Shown here: positions 1-8,226 of the stretch, piece by piece
Layout of the letters: the number at the start of each line of letters is the position of its first letter
Numbering within the stretch: position 1 is the stretch's first letter
Source: Candidatus Binataceae bacterium
GTDB lineage: Bacteria > Desulfobacterota > Binatia > Binatales > Binataceae
Direction of reading: 5' to 3'
Assembly: GCA_036495625.1 (NCBI GenBank)
Contig: DASXMQ010000091.1
Location: 1-57,656, forward strand
Length of the DNA: 57,656 nucleotides
The notes under the pieces: generated by a model
Told to the model about the DNA's origin: nothing
The model's input: only the letters and a program-made list of their open reading frames with translations
The model's database searches: none
Program-made: the position numbers and the translations under genes

Positions 1-260
1 GGACGCCGGAGAATGTTGCCCGTTTTTGGATCAACATTCGCCTTTGTGCCTCCGAGCGAACCGCTAGTGTGGAAAAATTTACCACGGTCTGATGGTATCA
101 GCAATTGCGATGCCAAAACCTGAAAGCCTGAGCTTTCTCGCGTAACGAAATAGCGAGAAGACGCCGCCGCCGATTTATGCGTCCGCGCTTGTAAAGCAGT
201 TGCTCCCGTTGATATTGGATTCGGTCACCCCGATCGCCCTGCTAGTGGAGAGAATCGACG

Positions 261-1298
261 ATGTACGTACTCGATAACGGCACCCGCTTCGTCATCCCGC
301 GCACGGAGATGACCTATCCCGGTCACAGCATGAAGCTGCATCAGACAGCCGCCGACGCGGTCAAGGCGCCGGTGGACCATGTGATGGCGGATTTCGAGGA
401 CGCGTGCCCTTACGAATTCAAGGGACCGAAGAGCCATAAGGTGATGGTCGAGGCGCTCAACACGCTCGACTTCGGCCGTAAGGTGGTGACGGTCCGCCCC
501 AACAACATCCATTCACCCTTCTTCAAGGGCGACATGGAAGCGATCGTGCTGGGCGCAGCCAACCGCTTCCACGGCATCATGCTGCCCAAGACGCGCGGAC
601 CGGAGGAAATCCGCGAGGTCGCGCGGATGCTCGACGATCTCGAGAAGCGCGCGGGATGGAAGTACCGGATTCAGATAGAATCGCTGGTCGAGACCCCGCA
701 GGCGCTGGTCAAGGCCTACGACATCGCGACCGCGTCGGACCGCATGTGCGGCCTGGTCTTCGGCATCGCCGACTTCGCCGCCAACCTGGGCGTGCGCGAG
801 ATCGTCGAGAACCAGAACCAGAACTTTCACTATGCCAAGCAATCGATGGTGGTCGCGGCCAAGGCTGCCGGCCTCCACGCGGTGGACAACGTTTACCTGC
901 GCCTGTGGCGCAAGGACGATCCTCCGGCGAAAGTCGCCGAACTGCAGCGCGGGTTGCGCGAGAAAAACGTCGGCGCCGCCAACCTCGGGATGGACGGCAC
1001 TTGGGTCATCCATCCGCAGCAGGCCGAGATCGCCAACGCCTGCTATACGCCGAGCGCCGAGCAGGTCGAAGATGCGCGCCGCGTGGTCACGCTCTACCAT
1101 GAAAAGGGCGGCGGCTCGATGGCCGATCCCAAGAGCGGCGAGATGATCGATGAGGCGACGATCAAGATCGCGCTCATGGATCTGGCCAAGGGCGCGCAGG
1201 CGGGAATCGTCAGCGAAAAAGAGCTCAAGGAATGGTCGGCGAAGAGCCGCGCAATTACCGGCTACGACATCCTGGAGTTCATGCGCCGCGTCGCGTAG
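261..1298 (+). CDS. HpcH/HpaI aldolase / citrate-lyase beta (CitE) / malyl-CoA lyase-like family protein
   Basis: 345-aa ORF with GGAGAG about 8 nt upstream of ATG 261. The translation resembles the malyl-CoA lyase/CitE fold by eye (ADFEDA, IESLVETPQAL, GIADFAANLG, WVIHPQQ). Ends in TAG. Confidence 0.75.
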   Translation: MYVLDNGTRFVIPRTEMTYPGHSMKLHQTAADAVKAPVDHVMADFEDACPYEFKGPKSHKVMVEALNTLDFGRKVVTVRPNNIHSPFFKGDMEAIVLGAANRFHGIMLPKTRGPEEIREVARMLDDLEKRAGWKYRIQIESLVETPQALVKAYDIATASDRMCGLVFGIADFAANLGVREIVENQNQNFHYAKQSMVVAAKAAGLHAVDNVYLRLWRKDDPPAKVAELQRGLREKNVGAANLGMDGTWVIHPQQAEIANACYTPSAEQVEDARRVVTLYHEKGGGSMADPKSGEMIDEATIKIALMDLAKGAQAGIVSEKELKEWSAKSRAITGYDILEFMRRVA

Positions 1299-1372
1299 CT
1301 CCCGGTGCGGATCATTGCACTGAGCGAGGGATTATCAGCGATTTCGTCAGTTTAGGCCACCGCTTTGAGGAT

Positions 1373-2014
1373 TCAGAACATGCCAGGCGCCAGCCGCCAG
1401 CGCACCCGCTGCCGATAGGCCAGGTATCCGGGATCGCGATCGAGCAACTCCTCCTCGAGCGCGATGCGCCAGACCATGAACGGAATCGTCAACGCCACCA
1501 ATGCGAAATTGCAGACGCTTGGAGCAGCCATCGAGGTGCCGAAAGCGGTCAGCAGCCAGGCCGCGTACACCGGATGGCGAATTAGTCGGAAGGGACCGCG
1601 TACCACGAGGCCGCGGTTGGCCGGGAGTACTCCGAAACGGCGGCCGAGGTAAAGCCATCCGGCCAGCATCAGCAACAGACCAGCCAGCTGCAAGATAGCG
1701 CCGGCCGCCCCCAGTGTGGGCCAATTCGTAACGGCGAAGCGCGAAGCGGGGCGCATGAAAAGCGGCAGCACGATCATCGCCGAAGCTGCGATCAGCGCCT
1801 GATAATCGGTTCGCGCTTCACGCGGCGCTGCTCGCATCAACGACAGCACGGCCATCGTTAGAGCGCCGATGATCCAAATCCAGGCCGAGAGATTCGCATG
1901 CGGGGCGTTCGGTGTCGTCGACATCAACTGCGGCAGCCAAGGCACCAGAGTCGCCACAAAGATCGCCGCGACGCCAAGATTAGCCGCCACGTGAAGCAGC
2001 CGGGATCTGTTCAA
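1373..2014 (-). CDS. isoprenylcysteine carboxyl methyltransferase (ICMT)/phospholipid methyltransferase family membrane protein
   Basis: 213-aa multi-pass hydrophobic ORF. The C-terminal RGPFRLIRHPVYAAW...EEELL block is typical of the ICMT/PEMT family. Confidence 0.7.
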   Translation of the reverse strand: MNRSRLLHVAANLGVAAIFVATLVPWLPQLMSTTPNAPHANLSAWIWIIGALTMAVLSLMRAAPREARTDYQALIAASAMIVLPLFMRPASRFAVTNWPTLGAAGAILQLAGLLLMLAGWLYLGRRFGVLPANRGLVVRGPFRLIRHPVYAAWLLTAFGTSMAAPSVCNFALVALTIPFMVWRIALEEELLDRDPGYLAYRQRVRWRLAPGMF

Positions 2015-2221
2015 TCTGCTTCCTGGGGTGCGCGACCGCTCGGTTTCACTGCCAGGCGGTGCAGGTTTCGATCCTGCGACCCCGGCTGGTAAGCCGTGTT
2101 CCGCCAGAAACCGCTGTTGCGCTTGAGGATCATTTGCTAACGGGTATTAGCAGCAAACCCATTGGCAGAGAAGCCGAGCGTCCACGCCGGCGATGGCGCT
2201 CTGGTAGCCTGCCCTTTCGGC

Positions 2222-2282
2222 GCGATTTCTTTTCTCGGCGATCTTTTCTTTTCAAAGCGATCTTTTCTTTTCAAAGCGATCC
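2222..2282. repeat. T-rich tandem repeat with unit GCGATCTTTTCTTTTCAAA (19 bp): 2 perfect copies, a degenerate copy 5' and a partial copy 3'
   Basis: Read directly: 2238-2256 and 2257-2275 are identical; 2222-2237 is GCGATTTCTTTTCTCG; 2276-2282 is GCGATCC. Lies in the divergent intergenic region about 50 nt upstream of the SDR start. Confidence 0.85.
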
Positions 2283-2330
2283 TGCCAATTCTCGCTCTGT
2301 CAGCGAAGAGCCGTCGCAGGAGGTCGCGTC

Positions 2331-3125
2331 ATGAACTTCGAGAATCAGGTCGTACTGGTGAGCGGAGCGGGACGCGGGATCGGCAAAGAGATCGCGCTGA
2401 GTTTCGCGCGCGCGGGCGCCGATATCGGCTTCGCCGAGATCAGCGCGGAAACGGCCGAGCCGACGGCGAACGAGATCAGGAAGCTCGGACGCCGCGTCTT
2501 CTTCAGCAAAACCGACGTCAGCGACTACGATCAGGTGCAGCAATTCGTCGCCGGCGCGGCGCGCGAGCTGGGCCGCGTCGACGTGATGATCAACAACGCC
2601 GGCATCGCCAAACCGCAGCCGTTTCTGGAGATCACCCGGGAGAACTGGGAGAACCATCTGCGGATCCATCTCTTCGGCGCTTTTTATTGTTCGCAGGCCG
2701 CGGCGCGCGAGATGGCCAAGCGCAAGTATGGACGGATCGTTTCGATCGCTTCGGTCGCCGGATTGATGGGCCCGATCGACCTTGCGCCCTATGGCGTGGC
2801 CAAATCGGGAATTATCGGCCTGACGCGCGCGATGGCGCTGGAACTGGCCGATCACGGTATCACCGCCAATGCGATCGCGCCCGGACCGATCGAAACCGAC
2901 ATGATCCGCGCGGCCTGGACCAAGGAGGCGCTCGAGGAGCGGGCCAATCATCTGCCGATTCGCCGTCTCGGCAAGGTCGAGGAGATCGCGCGAGCGGCGA
3001 TGTTCCTGGCGGCGCCCGATTCCGGCTACATTTCCGGGGCGACCCTGGTAGTTGACGGCGGATCGGTGGCAGCCGGCGCCTACATGGTCGAGAAGTATCG
3101 CCGGCGCAAGACGGGACAGAGCTGA
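2331..3125 (+). CDS. short-chain dehydrogenase/reductase, FabG-like
   Basis: VSGAGRGIGKE Rossmann motif, NNAG, and catalytic YGVAK (YxxxK). AGGAGG SD upstream of ATG 2331. Confidence 0.85.
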   Translation: MNFENQVVLVSGAGRGIGKEIALSFARAGADIGFAEISAETAEPTANEIRKLGRRVFFSKTDVSDYDQVQQFVAGAARELGRVDVMINNAGIAKPQPFLEITRENWENHLRIHLFGAFYCSQAAAREMAKRKYGRIVSIASVAGLMGPIDLAPYGVAKSGIIGLTRAMALELADHGITANAIAPGPIETDMIRAAWTKEALEERANHLPIRRLGKVEEIARAAMFLAAPDSGYISGATLVVDGGSVAAGAYMVEKYRRRKTGQS

Positions 3126-3197
3126 GAATCGCGATGCGCAATCGCGCGCGGCAATTCGATTCGTCCCGCGCGGCGGGCGATGCAGCGGCGGCGGCGC

Positions 3198-4796
3198 TTA
3201 CCAGTATGAAAGCTCGAGCGTCTGCTTGCCTGCCGGTATCGAAACCGCGAGCAGGCCGCCTCGGGAAATTACGCTGCCGCGTCCGGCGGTGAGCCGCCAG
3301 AAGCGATCGTAATTCTGGTTCACGACCAGCGTGGCCGGCGCCGGCGCATCGACCGCAAATTCAAGGCGATTCGGCGTCCAGCGAAGCAGCTCAAGGGTGC
3401 CCGCGCCCACCAGGTACTGCTCTCCGCGATAGCCGGGATCTCCACTCGCCGCGACATGAGTGCTCCAGTTCGCGTAGTCGTTGCAGTTGATGATTCCTTG
3501 ATTCATCAAGGTCAGGCGCAGCATGTCGCGCGAGACGACAAAGTAGCCGGTACCCGGCTCGCGCACCTGACGGAAAGCCCCGGCCGTCACCGCCGGAACC
3601 GGATTCTGCAGCGGATAGTTCAGGTTGTAAGTCCCCACCCAAAGACAGTCGAGCGCGGCGACGACGATGAGGCCCGCGGCAACCGTGGAGCCGCCAGCGG
3701 CCGCGATCCAATCCGCGCCGAAGCCCGCCAGCACCGCGATCGCCTGCACCATCGGAACGATGAACCGATAGGGTAACCGCTCCCACGAAAACACCGGCAG
3801 CTCGTGCAGGAGCGGCCACGGCCACCACGGACCGCGGGCGCCCATCGTCAGCGTCGCCATCACGGCCGCGAGCAACACCCAGGGCCATGCGCGCCGCGGG
3901 CGTGACAGCCCGGCAATTGCGAGCGCCATGAACAGGCCAACGTAGGCGCCGACTTCGTGCCAGCCCCATATCAGTTCACTCCAACGCTGCAGATCCTGAT
4001 CGCGCGAGAACAGCGCGACCCCGAGCGCGCGCCACGTGTTTTGGTCAAGGCCGGTCGGCCGCGGATGGGCCGCGGCGAAGTGGTAGCTCAGCATCAGATG
4101 CGGCCCCGCGAGCATCAAGCCCGAAGCCAGTACGGATGCCGTCACCCATAGGGGCCGCATACTGCGCTGCTGGACGGCGAGCGCCGGCGCCAGCACCGCG
4201 AGCACCAGCGCTCCGTAGCTCGGCGGATATGGATTTCCGTCAAGCCACATCAGTGCGAGCGCCAGCGCCGCCGGCCACACCCATCGAAGCCGCCGCTCGA
4301 TCGCGAGCTCGGCAAATGCGAGCAGCCACGGGAGATAGCAGAAGCCCATCATGACCAGTTCCCCCGATGCCACATGCAGGGGGAACCATGAACTTGCCGC
4401 GAACGCCGAGGCGCAGGCCGCGGCGCCCAACGGACGCATCCCGAGCACGCGGCCGAGCACGTAGCCGCCGGCCCATGCCATCGCAAGATGCAGCCACACG
4501 GCGAGATGGGTACCGGCCGCGGGCCCGAAGATCAGGACGAGCGGAAAAAACGGATTGAGAATTCGCGCCTGGGGATTGCCGAGCAGCGGCGCGCCGCCGC
4601 ACATCCAGGGGTTCCAGAGCGGAAGCTGATGATAGTCAACGATGCTGCGGCGCGCGGCAACCGTCAGCTCGAGCGCGAAGTCCCAGTCCCAGAAGCCAGT
4701 CAGCACGCCGAGATGGAGAAGCAGCGGATAGGTGAAAACCGCGCCGAAAGCGAGCGCTGCGAGAATCACCAGGCCCGTTTCGCGGCGCATTCTCAT
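3198..4796 (-). CDS. large polytopic membrane protein, possibly GT-C/YfhO-like; function unknown
   Basis: The ORF track extends to 5060, but the first 88 codons are Arg-rich and overlap the upstream gene. I moved the start to ATG 4796 (MRMRRETGLVILAALAF). Many hydrophobic segments are followed by a soluble C-terminal domain ending LELSYW. Confidence 0.6.
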   Translation of the reverse strand: MRMRRETGLVILAALAFGAVFTYPLLLHLGVLTGFWDWDFALELTVAARRSIVDYHQLPLWNPWMCGGAPLLGNPQARILNPFFPLVLIFGPAAGTHLAVWLHLAMAWAGGYVLGRVLGMRPLGAAACASAFAASSWFPLHVASGELVMMGFCYLPWLLAFAELAIERRLRWVWPAALALALMWLDGNPYPPSYGALVLAVLAPALAVQQRSMRPLWVTASVLASGLMLAGPHLMLSYHFAAAHPRPTGLDQNTWRALGVALFSRDQDLQRWSELIWGWHEVGAYVGLFMALAIAGLSRPRRAWPWVLLAAVMATLTMGARGPWWPWPLLHELPVFSWERLPYRFIVPMVQAIAVLAGFGADWIAAAGGSTVAAGLIVVAALDCLWVGTYNLNYPLQNPVPAVTAGAFRQVREPGTGYFVVSRDMLRLTLMNQGIINCNDYANWSTHVAASGDPGYRGEQYLVGAGTLELLRWTPNRLEFAVDAPAPATLVVNQNYDRFWRLTAGRGSVISRGGLLAVSIPAGKQTLELSYW

Positions 4797-4821
4797 CGAG
4801 CTTCGATCGCAACAACCTCGT

Positions 4822-5604
4822 TCAGTGGCGGTCGACGGCGTGGTAACGCGCCGCCACCACGTCCCAGTCGATATAGTCGAGGAACCGCGCGACGTATTTC
4901 GCGCGATCGGGATAATTGAGCAGGTAGGCGTGCGAGGCGACGTCGCACACCAATAGCGGATTGCCGCCGGCCCATCCCCCCGCGTCGCCCTCGCCCGCCG
5001 GAAGATTGTGCCATCGATCGTCGTAAGGGTCGTATTCGAGAATCGCCCAGGCCGGCGCAATCCGCGCGCACTCGATAAAGTCGGCGCGCCAGCGCGCGAA
5101 CGAGCCCATGTGCTCGTTGAGGTTGTCGAGCGCGTAGCTCGACGGCTTCATCGGCCTCAGCGCGAGATTGCGGAAATAGAACTCGTGCAGCAGCACCGAA
5201 TTCGCGGCCTCGATCTGCTGGCGGCGGATGAGGCCGTAGTCGTTGCCATGCTCGGCGTCGCGCGGCATGGTGGCGAGCACCCGCTCGGCCACGAGCAAGC
5301 GCTCGAAGTCGTTGCGATAGGCGTGGTAGTTTTGCGCGAGCTGTTCGCGCGACAGAAATCCCAAAATCTCCGCGTGCGGCAGCGTCATCGGACGGCGCGG
5401 CTGAAACCCCGCCTCGCCTTTCAGCAGACCCTCGTTGCCAAGGCCGCTCTCGAGCGGAGGCGGCGGCAGCGCGGTTTCGGCCGCGCGCGCAATCTCGCGC
5501 ATCGCGGCCGCGGCGCCCAGCGTCAGCGCGGCGCGCAGGATTTCACGCCTGCCGAAGCGGCGCTCGCGATTGTTCGTCGCCGGACGGGCTTCGCCTCTGC
5601 TCAC
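4822..5604 (-). CDS. Fe/Mn superoxide dismutase-like protein with twin-arginine (Tat) signal
   Basis: GRREILRAALTLGAAAA is a Tat motif. LLHEFYF and CDVASHAYLLNY correspond to the WNHTFYW and DVWEHAYY motifs of Fe/Mn SODs, so the His/Asp/His ligand positions appear retained. GTG start lies 3 nt after the argC stop. Confidence 0.7.
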   Translation of the reverse strand: MSRGEARPATNNRERRFGRREILRAALTLGAAAAMREIARAAETALPPPPLESGLGNEGLLKGEAGFQPRRPMTLPHAEILGFLSREQLAQNYHAYRNDFERLLVAERVLATMPRDAEHGNDYGLIRRQQIEAANSVLLHEFYFRNLALRPMKPSSYALDNLNEHMGSFARWRADFIECARIAPAWAILEYDPYDDRWHNLPAGEGDAGGWAGGNPLLVCDVASHAYLLNYPDRAKYVARFLDYIDWDVVAARYHAVDRH

Positions 5605-5607
5605 GCT

Positions 5608-6663
5608 TTACGGGACGGGCGCGATGCTCAGCAGCCCCGCTGCCTCGTCGTGCCCAAGCATCAGGTTGAGGTCCTGCACCGCCTGCCCCGCCGCGCCCTT
5701 GCCCAGGTTGTCGATCGCCGTCAGCACCAGCAGAGTTTGCGAACGGCGCTCGAGCACGAAGCCGAGCTCGCAGAAGTTCGTCGCGCGGACGTTTTTCAGC
5801 TCGGGCAACTCGCCCGGCTTGAGCAGCCGCACGAAGGGCGACTTCGCGAACGACGCCTCGAACGCGGCGCGCACGTCATCCTCGGTGGTGCCGGCGCGCG
5901 GGCGCATGAAGATCGAGCTCAGGATACCGCGCGTAACCGGCAGCAGATGCGGCACGAACATCACCGCAACCTCGCGGCCGAGCGCGGTGCCGATTTCCTG
6001 CTCCATCTCGGGCAAGTGGCGATGATTGCCGACCTTATAGGCGCGGAAGTTTTCATTGACTTCGGCGAAGAGCTGCTCGATCTGCGCCGCGCGCCGCGCT
6101 CCGGTGGTCCCTGACTTCGCGTCGATCACGATCGAAGCCGGCTCGACCAGGTCGCGCCGGATGAGCGGCAGGATGCCGAGCAACGCCGCCGTCGGAAAGC
6201 ATCCCGGCACCGCGACGATCCGCGCCTCGCGCAACTCATGGCGATGGAATTCGGCAAGCCCGTACACCGCTTGCCTGAGCAGCGCGGGCGCCGGATGCTC
6301 GACGCCGTAGGTCTGCCGGTACTGTGCCGGATCCTTCAGGCGGAAGTCGGCGGAAAGATCGAGGACCTTGAGCCCGGCCGCGACAAGCTCGGCCAGCATC
6401 GGTGCGCCGACCCGCTCGGGCAGACACGACATCACGACCTCGGCGCGTCCGGCGATGAGATCGCCGCGCAGCTCCTCGAACGGCGGCAGATCAATGCCAG
6501 CCAGATGGCGATAGACGTCGGTGACCTCGCGGCCCGCGTAGTGCTCGGAGGTGAGCACGCTCAACTCAACGAAAGGATGCCCGGCGAGAATGCGCACGGC
6601 CTCGATCCCCGAATAGCCGGACGCTCCCAGCACCGCCACTTTGATCTTGTTGCGCGACGCCAT
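5608..6663 (-). CDS. argC: N-acetyl-gamma-glutamyl-phosphate reductase
   Basis: KVAVLGASGYSG NAD motif and catalytic-Cys context VPGCFPTA. Start moved from 6702 to ATG 6663, which has a GAGGG SD. Confidence 0.9.
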   Translation of the reverse strand: MASRNKIKVAVLGASGYSGIEAVRILAGHPFVELSVLTSEHYAGREVTDVYRHLAGIDLPPFEELRGDLIAGRAEVVMSCLPERVGAPMLAELVAAGLKVLDLSADFRLKDPAQYRQTYGVEHPAPALLRQAVYGLAEFHRHELREARIVAVPGCFPTAALLGILPLIRRDLVEPASIVIDAKSGTTGARRAAQIEQLFAEVNENFRAYKVGNHRHLPEMEQEIGTALGREVAVMFVPHLLPVTRGILSSIFMRPRAGTTEDDVRAAFEASFAKSPFVRLLKPGELPELKNVRATNFCELGFVLERRSQTLLVLTAIDNLGKGAAGQAVQDLNLMLGHDEAAGLLSIAPVP

Positions 6664-6847
6664 CGGATTTCCCTCGACTTCCTTTGCCGCGTGCGGGACC
6701 ACGCGCGGCCGATGCGACGGGCCTATCGTCTAACGACCTAGCACTAACGCGCGATGCGGGCCAGCCGTTCCGGCACGCACGCCGCCCAGAGCCGCGATGC
6801 GCGCGGCATGGAAGAGCATGTCCCGCGCCGGCGCGCCAGCGCGCGAC

Positions 6848-7246
6848 TTAACGCTTGGAGTATTGCGGACGCTTGCGCGCCTTGTGCCGGCCGTACTTTT
6901 TGCGCTCGACTTCGCGCGGATCGCGCGTCAGCATCCCGCCCTTGCGGAGCGCCGGGCGCAGCGCCTCCGAGGCGGTGACCAGCGCGCGCGAGATTCCGTG
7001 GCGCACGGCCTCGGCCTGCGCCGCGATGCCGCCGCCGTGGACGCTCACGATCACGTCGTAGTGGCCCTTGGTCTCGGTGAGTTCGAAAGGTTCCATGATT
7101 TTCATGCGCGAGGTATCACGCGGAAAGTAAACTTCGAGCGCGCGCTCGTTGACGCTGATGGTGCCGCTGCCGGGGGCGAGCCGCACCCGCGCGATCGCGC
7201 TCTTGCGTTTGCCCACCGACCAGATTTCCGCCTTCTTGTCTGCCAT
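6848..7246 (-). CDS. rpsI: 30S ribosomal protein S9
   Basis: 132 aa with GKRKSAIARV near the start and C-terminal RKKYGRHKARKRPQYSKR. Confidence 0.95.
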   Translation of the reverse strand: MADKKAEIWSVGKRKSAIARVRLAPGSGTISVNERALEVYFPRDTSRMKIMEPFELTETKGHYDVIVSVHGGGIAAQAEAVRHGISRALVTASEALRPALRKGGMLTRDPREVERKKYGRHKARKRPQYSKR

Positions 7247-7298
7247 CTCGCCTTCGTTCCCTCCGGAAACTTGCTGCCGTCGCGAAGTGTTCGAGCTG

Positions 7299-7745
7299 CT
7301 AGAGCTTCAGCTGCTGGGGCTGCTGCGCGGCGTGCGGATGGTCCGCCCCGCGATAGATCTTGAGCTTGGTGAAGAGCCGCCGCCCGAGCCGATTCTTGGG
7401 CAGCATCCCGCGCACCGCCGCCTCGAGCAGGCGCTCGGGCACGGTCTGGATAAGGCGCGCCGCGGTGGTCGAACGCACGCCGCCGGGATAGCCGGTGTGG
7501 CGGCGATAGACTTTCTCCTCGAGCTTGGCTCCGGTAAGGCGCACCTTGCTCGCGTTGATGATGATGACGAAATCGCCGGCGTCCTGGTTGGGGGTGAAGT
7601 CGGGGCGATGCTTGCCGCGGAGCACGCTGGCGGCGCGCGTCGCCACCCGCCCGAGCGGCCGCTCGCTCGCGTCGATCACCACCCAGCGCCGATCGCGCAG
7701 CGCGCGCTCATGCGACACGCTCCTGGTCTGTTCGCTCAGTTTCAA
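7299..7745 (-). CDS. rplM: 50S ribosomal protein L13
   Basis: 148 aa with WVVIDASERPLGRVAT...GKHRPDFTP...YRRHTGYPGG. Immediately upstream of rpsI, the conserved order. Confidence 0.95.
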   Translation of the reverse strand: MKLSEQTRSVSHERALRDRRWVVIDASERPLGRVATRAASVLRGKHRPDFTPNQDAGDFVIIINASKVRLTGAKLEEKVYRRHTGYPGGVRSTTAARLIQTVPERLLEAAVRGMLPKNRLGRRLFTKLKIYRGADHPHAAQQPQQLKL

Positions 7746-7817
7746 CTCTTCAACCCTCTTGGCGCCTCATGCGCGGCGGCCGCGCTCAATCACGCGACGG
7801 CCGCTGCAACCGAATTT

Positions 7818-7895
7818 TGGCGGGGCCGATGGGATTTGAACCCACGACTTCCGACGTGACAGGCCGGCGTTCTAACCGGGCTGAACTACGACCCC
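7818..7895 (-). tRNA. tRNA-Asp (anticodon GTC), CCA encoded
   Basis: Hand-folded cloverleaf on the minus strand: acceptor GGGGTCG/CGGCCCC, D arm GTTC..GAAC, anticodon arm CCGGC-CTGTCAC-GTCGG, T arm GTGGG-TTCAAAT-CCCAT, discriminator G, then CCA. Total 78 nt. Confidence 0.9.
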
Positions 7896-8226
7896 GCCCG
7901 AACCATCCTTTTTGTCATGTTCGCCGCTCCGGAGCAACCAAGAGCGTGCAGCCGACACCAACCGACCGGGTGCGCCAATCGGCCCAACCGGGCTCTCGCG
8001 GCGGGGTCCTTTATTGTAGCGGGCGCTCACACCCCCGCGCCATGACCCTGCGCAAGCCCGTATGCCGCGTCCCCGTGCGCTCATCGGCGCGGCGGCGTAG
8101 CCCGACGCTTGCCAGCCCGCCGCGCTGTAAATTATTCTAGTCAGGAACCTTGAGTCCAAGCCGCCGCGGCAGGCTCACCTTTTTGAAACCGCCCGACGGG
8201 ATCGATCGTATTCGCAACTTGCCACC

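Noticed and set aside
4797-5060. N-terminal 88-codon extension of the membrane protein ORF
   Set aside because: It overlaps the 3' end of the SOD-like gene and is Arg/Thr-rich. The internal ATG 4796 begins a proper signal/TM segment.
7746-8226. tRNA-Asp as an integration hotspot or genomic island border
   Set aside because: There is no integrase, no direct repeat of the tRNA 3' end and no compositional shift. The flanking genes are core (rplM, RND pump).
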